A DNA stretch of 64,000 nt. Origin: a virus. The translations under genes and the position numbers were made by a program. The notes beneath the pieces were generated by a model. It was not told where the DNA came from, ran no database searches, and saw only the letters and a program-made list of their open reading frames with translations. Positions 54,779 through 64,000 of this stretch are shown piece by piece; the first letter of the stretch is position 1, and each line of letters begins with the position of its first letter. Location: positions 1,401 through 65,400 of the IMG/VR virus record IMGVR_UViG_3300012347_000350. One strand, 5' to 3'.

Positions 54779-55788
54779 AAATCAACCAAGCCACCGCCAT
54801 GGTGACTGACTTCATCAAGGCCAACATCGTTCCGATGGTCCATGGCTCACCTGGTATCGGCAAGAGCCAGATCGTGGCTCAGATCGCCAAGGAATACGGT
54901 CTCAAGCTCATCGATTTGCGCTTGAGCCAGTGTGACCCTACCGACCTGGCTGGCTTCCCACAAATCGATGTGGCTCGCCAGAAGGCAGGCTACCTGCCCA
55001 TGGACACCTTTCCCTTGGAAGGTGAAGAACCACCAGCTGGCTACAACGGCTGGCTGCTGTTCTTTGACGAAGCCAACTCAGCTCCCAAGGCCGTGCAGGC
55101 AGCTGCCTACAAGGTCATCCTGGACCGCATGATTGGTCAGCGTTCGCTGCACAAGAACTGCGCGCTGGTAGCGGCCGGCAACCTCGAGACAGACGGCGCG
55201 ATCGTGGAAGAAATGTCCACCGCGCTGCAGTCACGCTTGGCTCACATAGAGCTCACCGTGGATGCTGACTCGTGGGTGGAATGGGCTCAGAACAACGACG
55301 TCCATCACATGATCACGAGCTTCATCCAGTTCAAACCTGGCCAGCTCTACACCTTCAAACCAGACCACACCGACAAGACCTATGCGTGCCCACGCACCTG
55401 GGAATTTGCCAACCGTGTGATGAAGGTGACCGAAGACGGTTCTCCCAACCGTTTGCCCATGCTGGCCGGCACCTTGAGCGAAGGCGTGGCCCGCGAGTTC
55501 CTGACCTTCGTCAAGATCTTTGCTGACCTGCCCAAGATGGCTGCAATCGTGGCTGCCCCTGAAACCATCAAGGTACCCAACGAGCCATCCATTCTCTACG
55601 CGTTGACTGGTTCCTTGGCCCACAACGCAACGACAGACAACTTCGGTTCGCTCATGAAGTTCATCTCTCGCTTGCCTGTGGAATTCCAGGTGGTCACCAT
55701 GCGTGAAACCATCCGCAGAAACAAAACTATGATGAGCCACGCTGCCGTGCAGAAGTGGGTCACAGAGTCTGCGGCCAAACTGTTCTAA
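54769..55788 (+). CDS. MoxR-like AAA+ ATPase (N4 gp24-like)
   Basis: GSPGIGKS, DLRLSQCDPTDL.GFP, LFFDE.N.A, VAAGN, ALQSR, CPRTWE. Confidence 0.9.
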   Translation: MQVKINQATAMVTDFIKANIVPMVHGSPGIGKSQIVAQIAKEYGLKLIDLRLSQCDPTDLAGFPQIDVARQKAGYLPMDTFPLEGEEPPAGYNGWLLFFDEANSAPKAVQAAAYKVILDRMIGQRSLHKNCALVAAGNLETDGAIVEEMSTALQSRLAHIELTVDADSWVEWAQNNDVHHMITSFIQFKPGQLYTFKPDHTDKTYACPRTWEFANRVMKVTEDGSPNRLPMLAGTLSEGVAREFLTFVKIFADLPKMAAIVAAPETIKVPNEPSILYALTGSLAHNATTDNFGSLMKFISRLPVEFQVVTMRETIRRNKTMMSHAAVQKWVTESAAKLF

Positions 55789-55791
55789 CCC

Positions 55792-55814
55792 AGCCACCTT
55801 AGGGTGGCTTTTTC
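55792..55814 (+). terminator. Intrinsic terminator
   Basis: AGCCACC-TTAG-GGTGGCT-TTTT. Confidence 0.65.
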
Positions 55815-56012
55815 TTGAAAGCCAGCATGTTCGCTACGCTAAAAAAACTGTTGAAGAAACCATCGGCCGAAGTCTTGGCCATGGAATCCCTCGAGGAAGC
55901 ACGACGCTGCTACCTCACCTCCAAAGCATCTGCCGAATACCACGGCAAAATGGCTGAGTACTACCTAGCTGTCGAAGACCGCTTGACCAAGTACCTGGCC
56001 AGCAAACGGTGA
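55815..56012 (+). CDS. Hypothetical coiled protein
   Basis: 65 aa; PSAEVLA.ESLEEARR..L...AEY; true start may be ATG 55827. Confidence 0.6.
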   Translation: MKASMFATLKKLLKKPSAEVLAMESLEEARRCYLTSKASAEYHGKMAEYYLAVEDRLTKYLASKR

Positions 56013-56016
56013 TGCC

Positions 56017-56478
56017 ATGGGTGATCGGACCTCCGTCACCCTGACAGTGCTCAAGGCGCAGGCTGCAGCAGCAGAAGCGCTGTTTGAGTATGCACCTGAC
56101 CACCATAGCGAAGACATGGGCAGCATGGCGCTGTCCTATTTCAATTTCTATGAAGTCAACTACGGCGATCTACCGTTTCTCGACGCGCTTCAAGACGCCG
56201 GCATTGCTTTTGATTCCGACTGGGATCATGGCAGTGAATACGGCTCTGGCTGCGACTTCTGTCGATTCCGCCCAGATGGCACTGTTCAGCGCAACGACTA
56301 CTCAGACGAGTACAAAAACCCCGACTTGCATCGGATGATGGGAATGCTGGATGAACCAGAGGCCTTGAAAGCCTATATTCTGGATCACCACAAAAACGTC
56401 ACCCCATTGCCCTGGGACAACCAAGTGGAATACGGCAAGCTGTATCTCACGCAAAAACTCATCAACCCTGAAACCTGA
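56017..56478 (+). CDS. Hypothetical protein
   Basis: 153 aa, acidic; MGDRTSVTLTV; coupled to neighbours. Confidence 0.65.
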   Translation: MGDRTSVTLTVLKAQAAAAEALFEYAPDHHSEDMGSMALSYFNFYEVNYGDLPFLDALQDAGIAFDSDWDHGSEYGSGCDFCRFRPDGTVQRNDYSDEYKNPDLHRMMGMLDEPEALKAYILDHHKNVTPLPWDNQVEYGKLYLTQKLINPET

Positions 56479-56504
56479 TTGAGCCCATAGGGCTCGCATG
56501 CCCT

Positions 56505-57656
56505 ATGACTCACGAACTCACACCCCAAGACGCGCTGAACAAAGCCAAGATTGCTCTGATGAGCAAGCCTGACTCAGCGTTCTTTACCACCCTTGCCTTC
56601 TCGCTGATCCACGAGTTCGACAACTCGGTGCCCACGGCAGCAACAAACGGCAAGCGCGTCATCTACAACCCCGATTTCTTCATGAGCTTGAATCATGAAG
56701 AGCGCGTGTTCTTAATGCTGCACGAGGCTATGCACTGTGCCTACCTGCACATGGAACGCACCGATGGCTATTGCCCAGACGTCTTCAACGTCGCAGCCGA
56801 CCACGTCATCAACCTCCAGTTGAAAGAGCGTGGTTTCAAAATGCCTGAGTGCGGCATTGCCAACCCCGACTACACAGGCCTATCTACTGAGGAGGTCTAC
56901 CACATCATCATCAAAGAAGGTGGCGGCAATGGCGGAGGCGGTGTTCCAGGCTTTGGCCCAGACCTGCAGCCACCTGCCGGCGGTTCTACCCCGGAAGCCA
57001 AGGAACAACTCAAGCAAGACATCCAAGACATCCTGTGTCGCGCTGCGATGCAGTCAAAAATGAGCAACGACAAGCCTGGGTCCATCCCCGGTGACATCGA
57101 GCTCTTCCTGGATCGCTTGTTGAATCCCAAGCTGCCGTGGAACCGCATCCTGCAGAAGTTCATGAACTCGTTTTCAAAGAACGACTACAGCTTTCGCAAG
57201 CCCAACCGTCGCTTCTTTCCGCAGTTCATCCTGCCCAGCATGTACGGAGAAAACCTCTGTGACCTGGCAGCGTTTGCAGACATCTCAGGCTCGGTAACCG
57301 ATCACGAGTTTCACGTTCAGCTGTCAGAGACAGCAGGTGTGATGCGCATGATGAAGCCAAAGCAAATTCTCTTTGGCCAGTTCGATACCGAGATCAAGCA
57401 GATCGACAAAGTCAATGATCTCGCCGACATGCGCAACATCCATTTCACCGGCCGTGGCGGCACGATGATCGAGCCCGTTTTCGAGTGGGCCAATACCAAC
57501 AAACCGCAGCTGTTGTTGATCTTCACCGATGGCTATTTCCGTTGGCCAGCCGAGCTCACCACCAAGGTGCCGATCGTCTGGTTGATCTACAACAACCCTG
57601 AATTCACTGCGCCGATTGGCAAGGTCATCCACTATGAAATTAAAGAATCGCACTGA
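56505..57656 (+). CDS. Metallopeptidase-like + VWA domain protein (N4 gp25-like)
   Basis: TAATNGK, HEAMH, NVAADHVIN, DISGS, GRGGT, IFTDGY. Confidence 0.9.
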   Translation: MTHELTPQDALNKAKIALMSKPDSAFFTTLAFSLIHEFDNSVPTAATNGKRVIYNPDFFMSLNHEERVFLMLHEAMHCAYLHMERTDGYCPDVFNVAADHVINLQLKERGFKMPECGIANPDYTGLSTEEVYHIIIKEGGGNGGGGVPGFGPDLQPPAGGSTPEAKEQLKQDIQDILCRAAMQSKMSNDKPGSIPGDIELFLDRLLNPKLPWNRILQKFMNSFSKNDYSFRKPNRRFFPQFILPSMYGENLCDLAAFADISGSVTDHEFHVQLSETAGVMRMMKPKQILFGQFDTEIKQIDKVNDLADMRNIHFTGRGGTMIEPVFEWANTNKPQLLLIFTDGYFRWPAELTTKVPIVWLIYNNPEFTAPIGKVIHYEIKESH

Positions 57657-57978
57657 CATTTTTGAAGCTGTCAAAAAGGTCAATGAGCAGATCAAACCCA
57701 ACTACATGATTGTCGAGCTCTCGTACAACCGGAAGTTGGTGCTGCCTCATGACGCCGGCATTGCCTTCATCAACGCGTTGAAAGACGCCGAGATGATGAC
57801 TGACGACTATGGCAAAGAGCCCTTTATCGGGCCCTTGGACAAAGACAGCATCCGCGTTTCCTCTCTCGCCCACGCGCACTACGAAGACATCAAAGTAGCG
57901 CGCCTCCTCAACATCTCGTTGCAAGAGCTGCATGACAGCCGAATGCCACAGAACACCAAAGAACTTGGATTTGTATGA
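57634..57978 (+). CDS. Hypothetical protein
   Basis: ATG 57634; fills the gap between the VWA gene and the helicase. Confidence 0.6.
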   Translation: MKLKNRTDIFEAVKKVNEQIKPNYMIVELSYNRKLVLPHDAGIAFINALKDAEMMTDDYGKEPFIGPLDKDSIRVSSLAHAHYEDIKVARLLNISLQELHDSRMPQNTKELGFV

Positions 57979-59228
57979 CCCCGACCATCACCCTCACAGA
58001 GGACCAACAATCAGCACTTGAAGCGTTTCACGCGTTCTTGCTTGACCCCATCGAGCAAGTGTTTGTGCTCAGTGGTTACTCGGGCTGTGGCAAGTCCACG
58101 CTTGTGCGCACCATCATCGATGAGATCCCCAAGTTCATCCGAGCCGCCAAGCTAATCGATCCTCAAACCAAGGACTACACGATCGAGCTCACAGCCACCA
58201 CCAACAAAGCGGCTGAGAACCTGGGCCAGATCACTGGGCAACCTGCCGGCACGATCCATTCGTTCCTGGGACTGCGTGTCAACACTGACTTCAAGACCGG
58301 TGTGACCACACTCACCCCACGTCGCGGTGCCACGCAATTGGAGGGCTACTTGCTCTTCATCGATGAGGCGAGCTACGTCGACAAGCAGTTGCTGCAGATG
58401 ATTTTTCAGCTGACTCGCAACTGCAAGATCGTTTTCATTGGCGACCCTGCGCAGCTGACTCCCGTGAAAGCCACGAGCACCCCCGTGTTCGATGCCAACT
58501 TCACTGGGGCCATGCTGAGCACCGTGGTTCGACAAGCTGAAGGCAATCCCATCGTGGACCTCTCAACCAAGTTCCGTCACACGGTTAACACGGGTGAGTT
58601 CTTCAGCTTCAAGCCCGATGGCAACGCCATCAAGTACTTGCAGCGCGAAGACTTCAACGCAGCAATCGAAGCGGAATTCACGCGCCCTGACTGGCGATAC
58701 CAAGACTCCAAGGTCTTGGCATGGACCAACAAGTGCGTGATTGGCTACAACCACTTCGTGCGCAACCACGTCAAAGGCGATCCGCACTTTGCCAAAGGCG
58801 ACTACGCAGTGGTCAATTCCTTCATCACGATTGGCAACGGCAAGAGCTTCAAGACAGACCAGCTGGTTCAGATCACTGACATCAGCGCAGACGTCATGCA
58901 GCACGATGTGCTTGGCAAGTGGTTCACGCTTGACAACGACCTGTCTGCATTCATGCCCAACGTCTTGGCTGACAAGAATGCTCGCATTCGCAAAGCCAAG
59001 GCAGACAACATGTACATGCTGATTGCCGAGATTGAAAACCAATGGGTTGACTTGCGCGCAGCGTATGCCTGCACGATCAACAAGGCCCAGGGCTCGACCT
59101 TTGACCGCGTGTTCATCGACCTTGATGACATTCGTCGCTGCAACTCTGGCGATCAGATCGCTCGCATGCTTTACGTCGGCGTCAGCCGTGCACGTCACCA
59201 AGTTTTCCTCACTGGAGATTTGGTGTAA
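57975..59228 (+). CDS. SF1 (Dda/RecD-like) DNA helicase
   Basis: GYSGCGKST, FIDEAS, IGDPAQL, VRQAEGNPI, YACTINKAQGST, YVGVSRA. Confidence 0.92.
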   Translation: MTPTITLTEDQQSALEAFHAFLLDPIEQVFVLSGYSGCGKSTLVRTIIDEIPKFIRAAKLIDPQTKDYTIELTATTNKAAENLGQITGQPAGTIHSFLGLRVNTDFKTGVTTLTPRRGATQLEGYLLFIDEASYVDKQLLQMIFQLTRNCKIVFIGDPAQLTPVKATSTPVFDANFTGAMLSTVVRQAEGNPIVDLSTKFRHTVNTGEFFSFKPDGNAIKYLQREDFNAAIEAEFTRPDWRYQDSKVLAWTNKCVIGYNHFVRNHVKGDPHFAKGDYAVVNSFITIGNGKSFKTDQLVQITDISADVMQHDVLGKWFTLDNDLSAFMPNVLADKNARIRKAKADNMYMLIAEIENQWVDLRAAYACTINKAQGSTFDRVFIDLDDIRRCNSGDQIARMLYVGVSRARHQVFLTGDLV

Positions 59229-59254
59229 TTCACCAAACCCCTTTTGAGTAAATC

Positions 59255-59770
59255 ATGGAACCACTGCAATACGAGCCGCGCACCAAGCAGCTCATCAAAG
59301 AATCGTTGTACGAATTTCTTTATGCGCCGGTGCTCAAAGCTTTCAAGCTTCGGCTCGACACCATCATCATCAGAAACACCATCCTGACGGGAAGCCCTCA
59401 CCGGTCTTTCCACTACAAAGGTGAGTTCTACACCTGTGACTCGATGCCTGCTCCACGCAAGTGGATCAAGCTCGTGTCATCGCTAAAAGATGAGATGGAT
59501 GAGTACCTCGCGGACTGTAAGGATCTTAACGAGAAGGAGCTGCCATTTGTCCTCGGGTATATCAACCAGGTACTGAACAGCAGCAACGACTTGAATGATT
59601 ACCTTCGTCTCCTTCCAGAGTCCGCTCACAGTCCTGTGCAGCAACTCCTTGCAACGTGCCCGTGCCGCGGCAACCAGCTTTCCGAAGCCAAGGTTGCCGA
59701 GTTGCGTGCCCGCCACCAGACCACGATCGACATGATGAAGGCTCGGATGGTGACCAACCTGCTTCTTTAG
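59255..59770 (+). CDS. N4 gp38-like hypothetical protein
   Basis: 171 aa between helicase and polymerase, as in N4. Confidence 0.65.
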   Translation: MEPLQYEPRTKQLIKESLYEFLYAPVLKAFKLRLDTIIIRNTILTGSPHRSFHYKGEFYTCDSMPAPRKWIKLVSSLKDEMDEYLADCKDLNEKELPFVLGYINQVLNSSNDLNDYLRLLPESAHSPVQQLLATCPCRGNQLSEAKVAELRARHQTTIDMMKARMVTNLLL

Positions 59771-59777
59771 GGGATTT

Positions 59778-60071
59778 ATGGGATACACATCGACCATCGT
59801 CATTGCGGTCAAGAAAGAAGTTCTGGCACGGGATCTCATTAAACCTGAGATCCCAGCATGCCTAAAAGAAATAGATCACAAATCCAGTGATCGCTTCAAC
59901 GCTGTCTACTGGGAGCTCGATAGCTGGAAGTGGTACAGCTCCTACGCAGAGATTCAAGAAATCGAGGCATGGTTTAACGCCATGGACTGGGAAGAGTTCG
60001 GCGCTATTCGCTTGGGCGAAGACGACAACGATTCTCAGACTTGGGGCTCGCCTTATGATTTCGACATCTGA
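59778..60071 (+). CDS. Hypothetical protein
   Basis: MGYTSTIVIAV...KWY...FGAIRLGEDDND pattern. Confidence 0.7.
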   Translation: MGYTSTIVIAVKKEVLARDLIKPEIPACLKEIDHKSSDRFNAVYWELDSWKWYSSYAEIQEIEAWFNAMDWEEFGAIRLGEDDNDSQTWGSPYDFDI

Positions 60072-60109
60072 TTAAACCGCTATCTCAGCTTTCCAGCACA
60101 GGAATAAAA

Positions 60110-62767
60110 ATGCGCCACATCATCTTCAAGGAAGCCAACAGCTATGAAATAGCACTGCTCGTCAAGGGCACCGCATTCAACGCTTCAGAGCTTCGCATCA
60201 ACTACGTCCAGCCGCTCGTCGCGCGCGGCATCACTGAAGACAACGTGATTGCATTCACCGTCAAGTACGACGACAACGGCAAGGCCTCGGCCAAGGTCAT
60301 CAAAGAGTACCTGGCCAACTTGCTGCCCGCACTCGATGGCTTGGGTGTGAAGCAGCTCCTCGTCACGGACGGCGCCTACTTCAAGACGCTTGCCGGCGTC
60401 GGTACCTCAGAGCCTCATCTGGGTTACGTGATGCCGTGCAAGATCAAAGGCTTCGAGCACATGAACGTGGTGCTCAGCCTCAACTACCAACAGCTGATCT
60501 ACAACCCTGCGTTGCAGACCAAGCTGGATCTGAGCCTGCACACCTTGGCTTCCAGCGTCGCTGGCAACTACCAAGCCATCGGTGCAGACATCATTCACAG
60601 CGCGCAGTACCCCAAAACGATCGACGAGATCGCTGCAGCGCTTGAATCGCTCCACCAATACACAAGCCTCAGTTGTGACATCGAGGCCTTCTCGCTGGCA
60701 TTCAACGAGGCAGGCATCGGCACGATTGCCTTTGCCTGGGACAAGCACAACGGTGTGGCATTCGCCTGTGATTACATCGAGAGAGACAAGCACCCTAACC
60801 CATGTGCTGCCATTGATCTCAACGACGGCTTTCATGGCCTGCAATTGATCAATCGCGGTGTGCGCTCATTGCTGCGGCAGTTCTTTGCGACCTACCAAGG
60901 CGAGCTCATCTTTCACAAAGCCGACTACGACGTCTGCGTGATCATCTACACGCTCTTCATGCAGGACCTACTGGACACAGCAGGCTTGCTGGATGGCTTG
61001 GAGCTGATGACTCGACGCTTCCATGACACCAAGATCATCGCGTACCTGGCCACCAACTCCACGGCCGGCAACGTGCTGGGCTTGAAGTCACTGGCTCACG
61101 AGTTCGCAGGCAACTGGGCCAAGGACGACATCAAGGACATCCGACGCATCCCGTTGGATGAGCTCTTGCAGTACAACTTGATTGACGCACTCTCAACCAA
61201 CTACGTGGCTGAGAAATACTGGCCAATCATGGTCCGCGATCTGCAGCACGATCTCTACCAAGGGCTCATGCTGGGCAGCCTTCGCTTGATCATTCAGATC
61301 GAGTTGACAGGCATGCCCATGAGTCGAACCAAGATCCAAGAGGTCAAGGAAAAGCTCTTCGGCATCCAGCTCGACAACCTGTTCAAGATCAACAGCAACA
61401 ACACCATCAAAGCGCTCAACTTGCTCTTGCAAGAGACGGCGTGGAACAAGGACTATGAATCACGCAAATCCAAAGCCAAGAATCCTGGAAAGATTCTTCC
61501 AAAGAACCGTTCTGCGTTCGTGGACATGGAATTCAATCCTAATTCTGGCCCTCAGCTTCAACGGCTCCTTTATGAGCAGATGGGCTTGCCAGTCATTGAC
61601 CTCACCGACACGAAGCAACCTGCCACGGGCGCAGAGACGATCGAAAAGCTGATCAACCACACCACGGTTCCTGAGTACAAGGAGATCCTAGAAGGATTGA
61701 TTGGCTACGGCAAGGCCACCAAGGTCTTGTCGACATTCATCCCTGCGTTTGAAGCAGCCATCTCCAAAGACGGTAGCGATATTGTCTGGTTGCATGGCTC
61801 CTTCAACCTCGGCGGCACGGTCTCGGGTCGACTGTCATCGTCTGATCCAAACATGCAGAACATTCCTGCTGGCTCGGAGTACGGCAAGCTCATCAAGGAA
61901 TGCTTTGTCAGTCCGCCTGGTTGGCTCTTTGCAGGTGCAGACTTCAACTCGCTTGAAGACTACATCTCTGCACTGACCACCAAGGATCCGAACAAGCTTG
62001 CTGTCTATGAACGTGGCTTCGATGGTCACTGTCTGCGTGCAGCGTATTACTTCCGTGACCAGGTGCCTCACATCGACCTGGATGATCCGAAATCGGTCAA
62101 CACGATCAAGAAGCAATTTCCTGAACTGCGTCAAGACTCCAAAGCTCCAACCTTTTTGCTCACCTACGGCGGTACCTACCACGGCATGATGAGCAACCTG
62201 GGTTGGGAAGAGGAGAAAGCCAAAGCCATCGAGAAGGGGTATCACGATCTCTACCAAGTGAGTGATGCCTACGTTCAGAAGCGCCTGAAACAAGCCGCCC
62301 AAGATGGCTACGTGGAAGTGGCCTTCGGTCTACGTGTGCGCACACCGTTGCTCAAGCAAGTGGTGTACGGCACTCGAGGTATGCCCTACGAAGCAGCAGC
62401 GGAAGGCCGCACTGCCGGCAACGCGTTGGGCCAGTCCTATGGCTTGCTCAACAACCGCGCTGCAGTGGAGTTCATGAAGAAAGTCTGGGCATCCAAGTAC
62501 CGCTTGGACATCGTGCCTGTGGCTCTGATTCATGACGCGATCTACATCCTAATCCGCAACGATGTGGAAGTCGTAGAGTTTGCCAACCGTGAGCTCATTG
62601 CGTCCATGCGCTGGCAAGAGCTGCCCGAGATTCAACACCCGACTGTGAAGCTCGGTGCTGCGCTCGACATCTTCTACCCGGACTGGGCCCATCCCACGAC
62701 GTTACCCAACGACGCGGACCAAGCCACGATTCTTCAAACCTGTTCCCCTCAAAAGGAGGCTGCATGA
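60110..62767 (+). CDS. Family A DNA polymerase (N4 gp39-like)
   Basis: Exo I SCDIE; GGTVSGRLSSSDPNMQNIP; motif A ADFNSLED; motif B RQDSKAPTFLLTYGG; motif C IHDA. Confidence 0.95.
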   Translation: MRHIIFKEANSYEIALLVKGTAFNASELRINYVQPLVARGITEDNVIAFTVKYDDNGKASAKVIKEYLANLLPALDGLGVKQLLVTDGAYFKTLAGVGTSEPHLGYVMPCKIKGFEHMNVVLSLNYQQLIYNPALQTKLDLSLHTLASSVAGNYQAIGADIIHSAQYPKTIDEIAAALESLHQYTSLSCDIEAFSLAFNEAGIGTIAFAWDKHNGVAFACDYIERDKHPNPCAAIDLNDGFHGLQLINRGVRSLLRQFFATYQGELIFHKADYDVCVIIYTLFMQDLLDTAGLLDGLELMTRRFHDTKIIAYLATNSTAGNVLGLKSLAHEFAGNWAKDDIKDIRRIPLDELLQYNLIDALSTNYVAEKYWPIMVRDLQHDLYQGLMLGSLRLIIQIELTGMPMSRTKIQEVKEKLFGIQLDNLFKINSNNTIKALNLLLQETAWNKDYESRKSKAKNPGKILPKNRSAFVDMEFNPNSGPQLQRLLYEQMGLPVIDLTDTKQPATGAETIEKLINHTTVPEYKEILEGLIGYGKATKVLSTFIPAFEAAISKDGSDIVWLHGSFNLGGTVSGRLSSSDPNMQNIPAGSEYGKLIKECFVSPPGWLFAGADFNSLEDYISALTTKDPNKLAVYERGFDGHCLRAAYYFRDQVPHIDLDDPKSVNTIKKQFPELRQDSKAPTFLLTYGGTYHGMMSNLGWEEEKAKAIEKGYHDLYQVSDAYVQKRLKQAAQDGYVEVAFGLRVRTPLLKQVVYGTRGMPYEAAAEGRTAGNALGQSYGLLNNRAAVEFMKKVWASKYRLDIVPVALIHDAIYILIRNDVEVVEFANRELIASMRWQELPEIQHPTVKLGAALDIFYPDWAHPTTLPNDADQATILQTCSPQKEAA

Positions 62768-63201
62768 AAACATCCGAACTAACAGGTGTCGCGCTTGATT
62801 GGGCGGTGGCTAAGTGTGAGGGTGACATGGGAAAGCTAGCAGCTTGTGCCGTGTGCGAAGGTAAGGGGCAGGTTACATGGTATGGGTACGCCGTTATTGG
62901 CGAGCGTACTTGCCGCACGTGCAACGGTTCTGGGGCGGTTAAGTGTGCATCTTTAACCCCAACCCAATATTCAACCGACTGGTCGCAAGGTGGCCCGATC
63001 ATTGAGCGTGAAGTGATCAGCCTAATTAAGACTTCTAAGTCTGGTTTTTGGTCTGCCTATTTTGTGCGCAACACCACTGTTGACTACGAAAAACGGCAAG
63101 CCGATGCAGACACACCACTCGTAGCAGCCATGCGCTGCTACGTTGCATCAAAGCTTGGTGATGAAGTCGAGATCCCCGCTGAACTTCAGGAGACAACATG
63201 A
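62764..63201 (+). CDS. NinX/DUF2591-family protein with an inserted CxxCxGxG zinc finger
   Basis: KTSELTG.ALDWAVAKCEG...YSTDWSQGGPIIERE...PLVAAMRCYVASKLG; insert CAVCEGKG...CRTCNGSG. Confidence 0.75.
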   Translation: MKTSELTGVALDWAVAKCEGDMGKLAACAVCEGKGQVTWYGYAVIGERTCRTCNGSGAVKCASLTPTQYSTDWSQGGPIIEREVISLIKTSKSGFWSAYFVRNTTVDYEKRQADADTPLVAAMRCYVASKLGDEVEIPAELQETT

Positions 63202-63335
63202 GACGTTACCCAGTAGGCAGCGACAACCTAGGCTGGAGCCGCCATTACCAGAAGCTGTACAACCAGACTCTGCGTGAATCGGCGGCACACCTAGCCATCT
63301 GGTACCTGTTGCTGCATCACATGCACAACGATTAA
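63198..63335 (+). CDS. 45-aa hypothetical protein
   Basis: Translated by hand (MRRYPVGSDNLGW...); ATGA overlap; ends just before a terminator. Confidence 0.5.
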   Translation: MRRYPVGSDNLGWSRHYQKLYNQTLRESAAHLAIWYLLLHHMHND

Positions 63336-63338
63336 ACC

Positions 63339-63363
63339 AAGGCCCTTCGGGGCCTTTTTCTTT
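63339..63363 (+). terminator. Intrinsic terminator (cUUCGg loop)
   Basis: AAGGCCC-TTCG-GGGCCTT-TTT. Confidence 0.8.
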
Positions 63364-63636
63364 ATGTCCAACTACCCACACATCGCCAACATCACATTGT
63401 TCTATCGCAGTGCTGATGAGAAAACCCGAATGACCACTTACAACAGTCCATATGGCAATGATGAATGGACTGAAGAAGACTGGTTACGCGCTTGTTGCGC
63501 AACGCCCTTTGTGCGGTCCACTTGGCTTCGTCTAGAAGTCACTAGAGACAAACCACAAATCCGAAAAGTGTTTACAAGTCCCTTGTATAAAACACTTCAA
63601 CTCATCAATCCACCAGAAAGAAAATCATGCGATTAA
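63364..63636 (+). CDS. Hypothetical protein
   Basis: 90 aa ORF directly after the terminator. Confidence 0.55.
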   Translation: MSNYPHIANITLFYRSADEKTRMTTYNSPYGNDEWTEEDWLRACCATPFVRSTWLRLEVTRDKPQIRKVFTSPLYKTLQLINPPERKSCD

Positions 63637-64000
63637 CTAACTTCATCCGACAAGCTTTTGTTCGTGCCGTCATGGCCGATGTGCCAAAGACTGATTACCA
63701 AGAGCAAGCCCACGCATACGCGCGCAAGATTGTTCAGACTGAGTTTGAAAAAGCTTTCCCTGACATTCCATACGCTGACGTTGCAAAAATTGGATGGTTC
63801 GATTCAGGAAGCATCAGCTTGCCTTATGGCATCACCAATATTCACGTCAATGCCATGAAGGGTGGCTACAGCATGCTAGAACACATGCCCAAAGTCTGGG
63901 ACAAGCTCAAAGAGTTTGTTGTACTTAAAAAAGCCGAAGACGCCCGCATCAACACTTTGCAGACTCGACTTGAAGGCGTTGCAAATTCGTGCAGTACGCG
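63627..64000 (+). CDS. Nmad5-like protein, truncated at the right edge
   Basis: Translated by hand from ATG 63627 (AGAAAG RBS): MRLTNFIRQAFVRAVMADVPKTDYQEQA..., open to the window end. Family assignment is from memory. Confidence 0.65.
   Translation, partial: MRLTNFIRQAFVRAVMADVPKTDYQEQAHAYARKIVQTEFEKAFPDIPYADVAKIGWFDSGSISLPYGITNIHVNAMKGGYSMLEHMPKVWDKLKEFVVLKKAEDARINTLQTRLEGVANSCST

Noticed and set aside
54769-57656. MoxR AAA+ / VWA-metallopeptidase pair as a new system
   Set aside because: A known conserved N4 core pair (gp24/gp25-like).
57656-57975. Apparent absence of rIIA/rIIB and dCTP deaminase
   Set aside because: The genome is incomplete in this window, so absence cannot be claimed.
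63810-63830. GGTTCGATTC tRNA T-arm-like sequence
   Set aside because: It lies inside the Nmad5-like CDS and has no cloverleaf around it.

Overview
This window is a 64-kb slice of an N4-like podophage (Schitoviridae), permuted relative to the usual N4 map. It has four blocks. (1) 1-9533 (-): tail/receptor-binding module. (2) 9590-20579 (+): nucleotide metabolism and replication (ThyX, class II RNR, PD-(D/E)XK nuclease, primase, AAA ATPase, SSB, RuvC-like resolvase, a candidate anti-defence pair). (3) 21244-46703 (-): 3450-aa virion RNA polymerase, virion proteins, major capsid protein, portal, terminase, with one inverted dUTPase. (4) 47071-64000 (+): early/middle genes (Drc/gp2-like cofactor, two-subunit RNAPII, MoxR AAA + VWA, helicase, family A DNA polymerase). 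The physical genome end is probably near 46.75-47.07 kb. The most striking unexplained element is a ~665-nt ORF-poor, densely base-paired region (20580-21246) between the converging middle and late operons, which looks like a large ornate ncRNA. Other notable items: a natural Tyr->Phe change in vRNAP motif B, four vRNAP hairpin promoters with identical spacing, five small paralogues between the RNAPII subunits, and a Gp49-family + DUF2829 pair resembling nucleotide-signal sponges. I found no tRNA, rRNA, CRISPR array, integrase, reverse transcriptase or endolysin in the window. All family assignments come from motif recognition and synteny recalled from memory; no database search was run.
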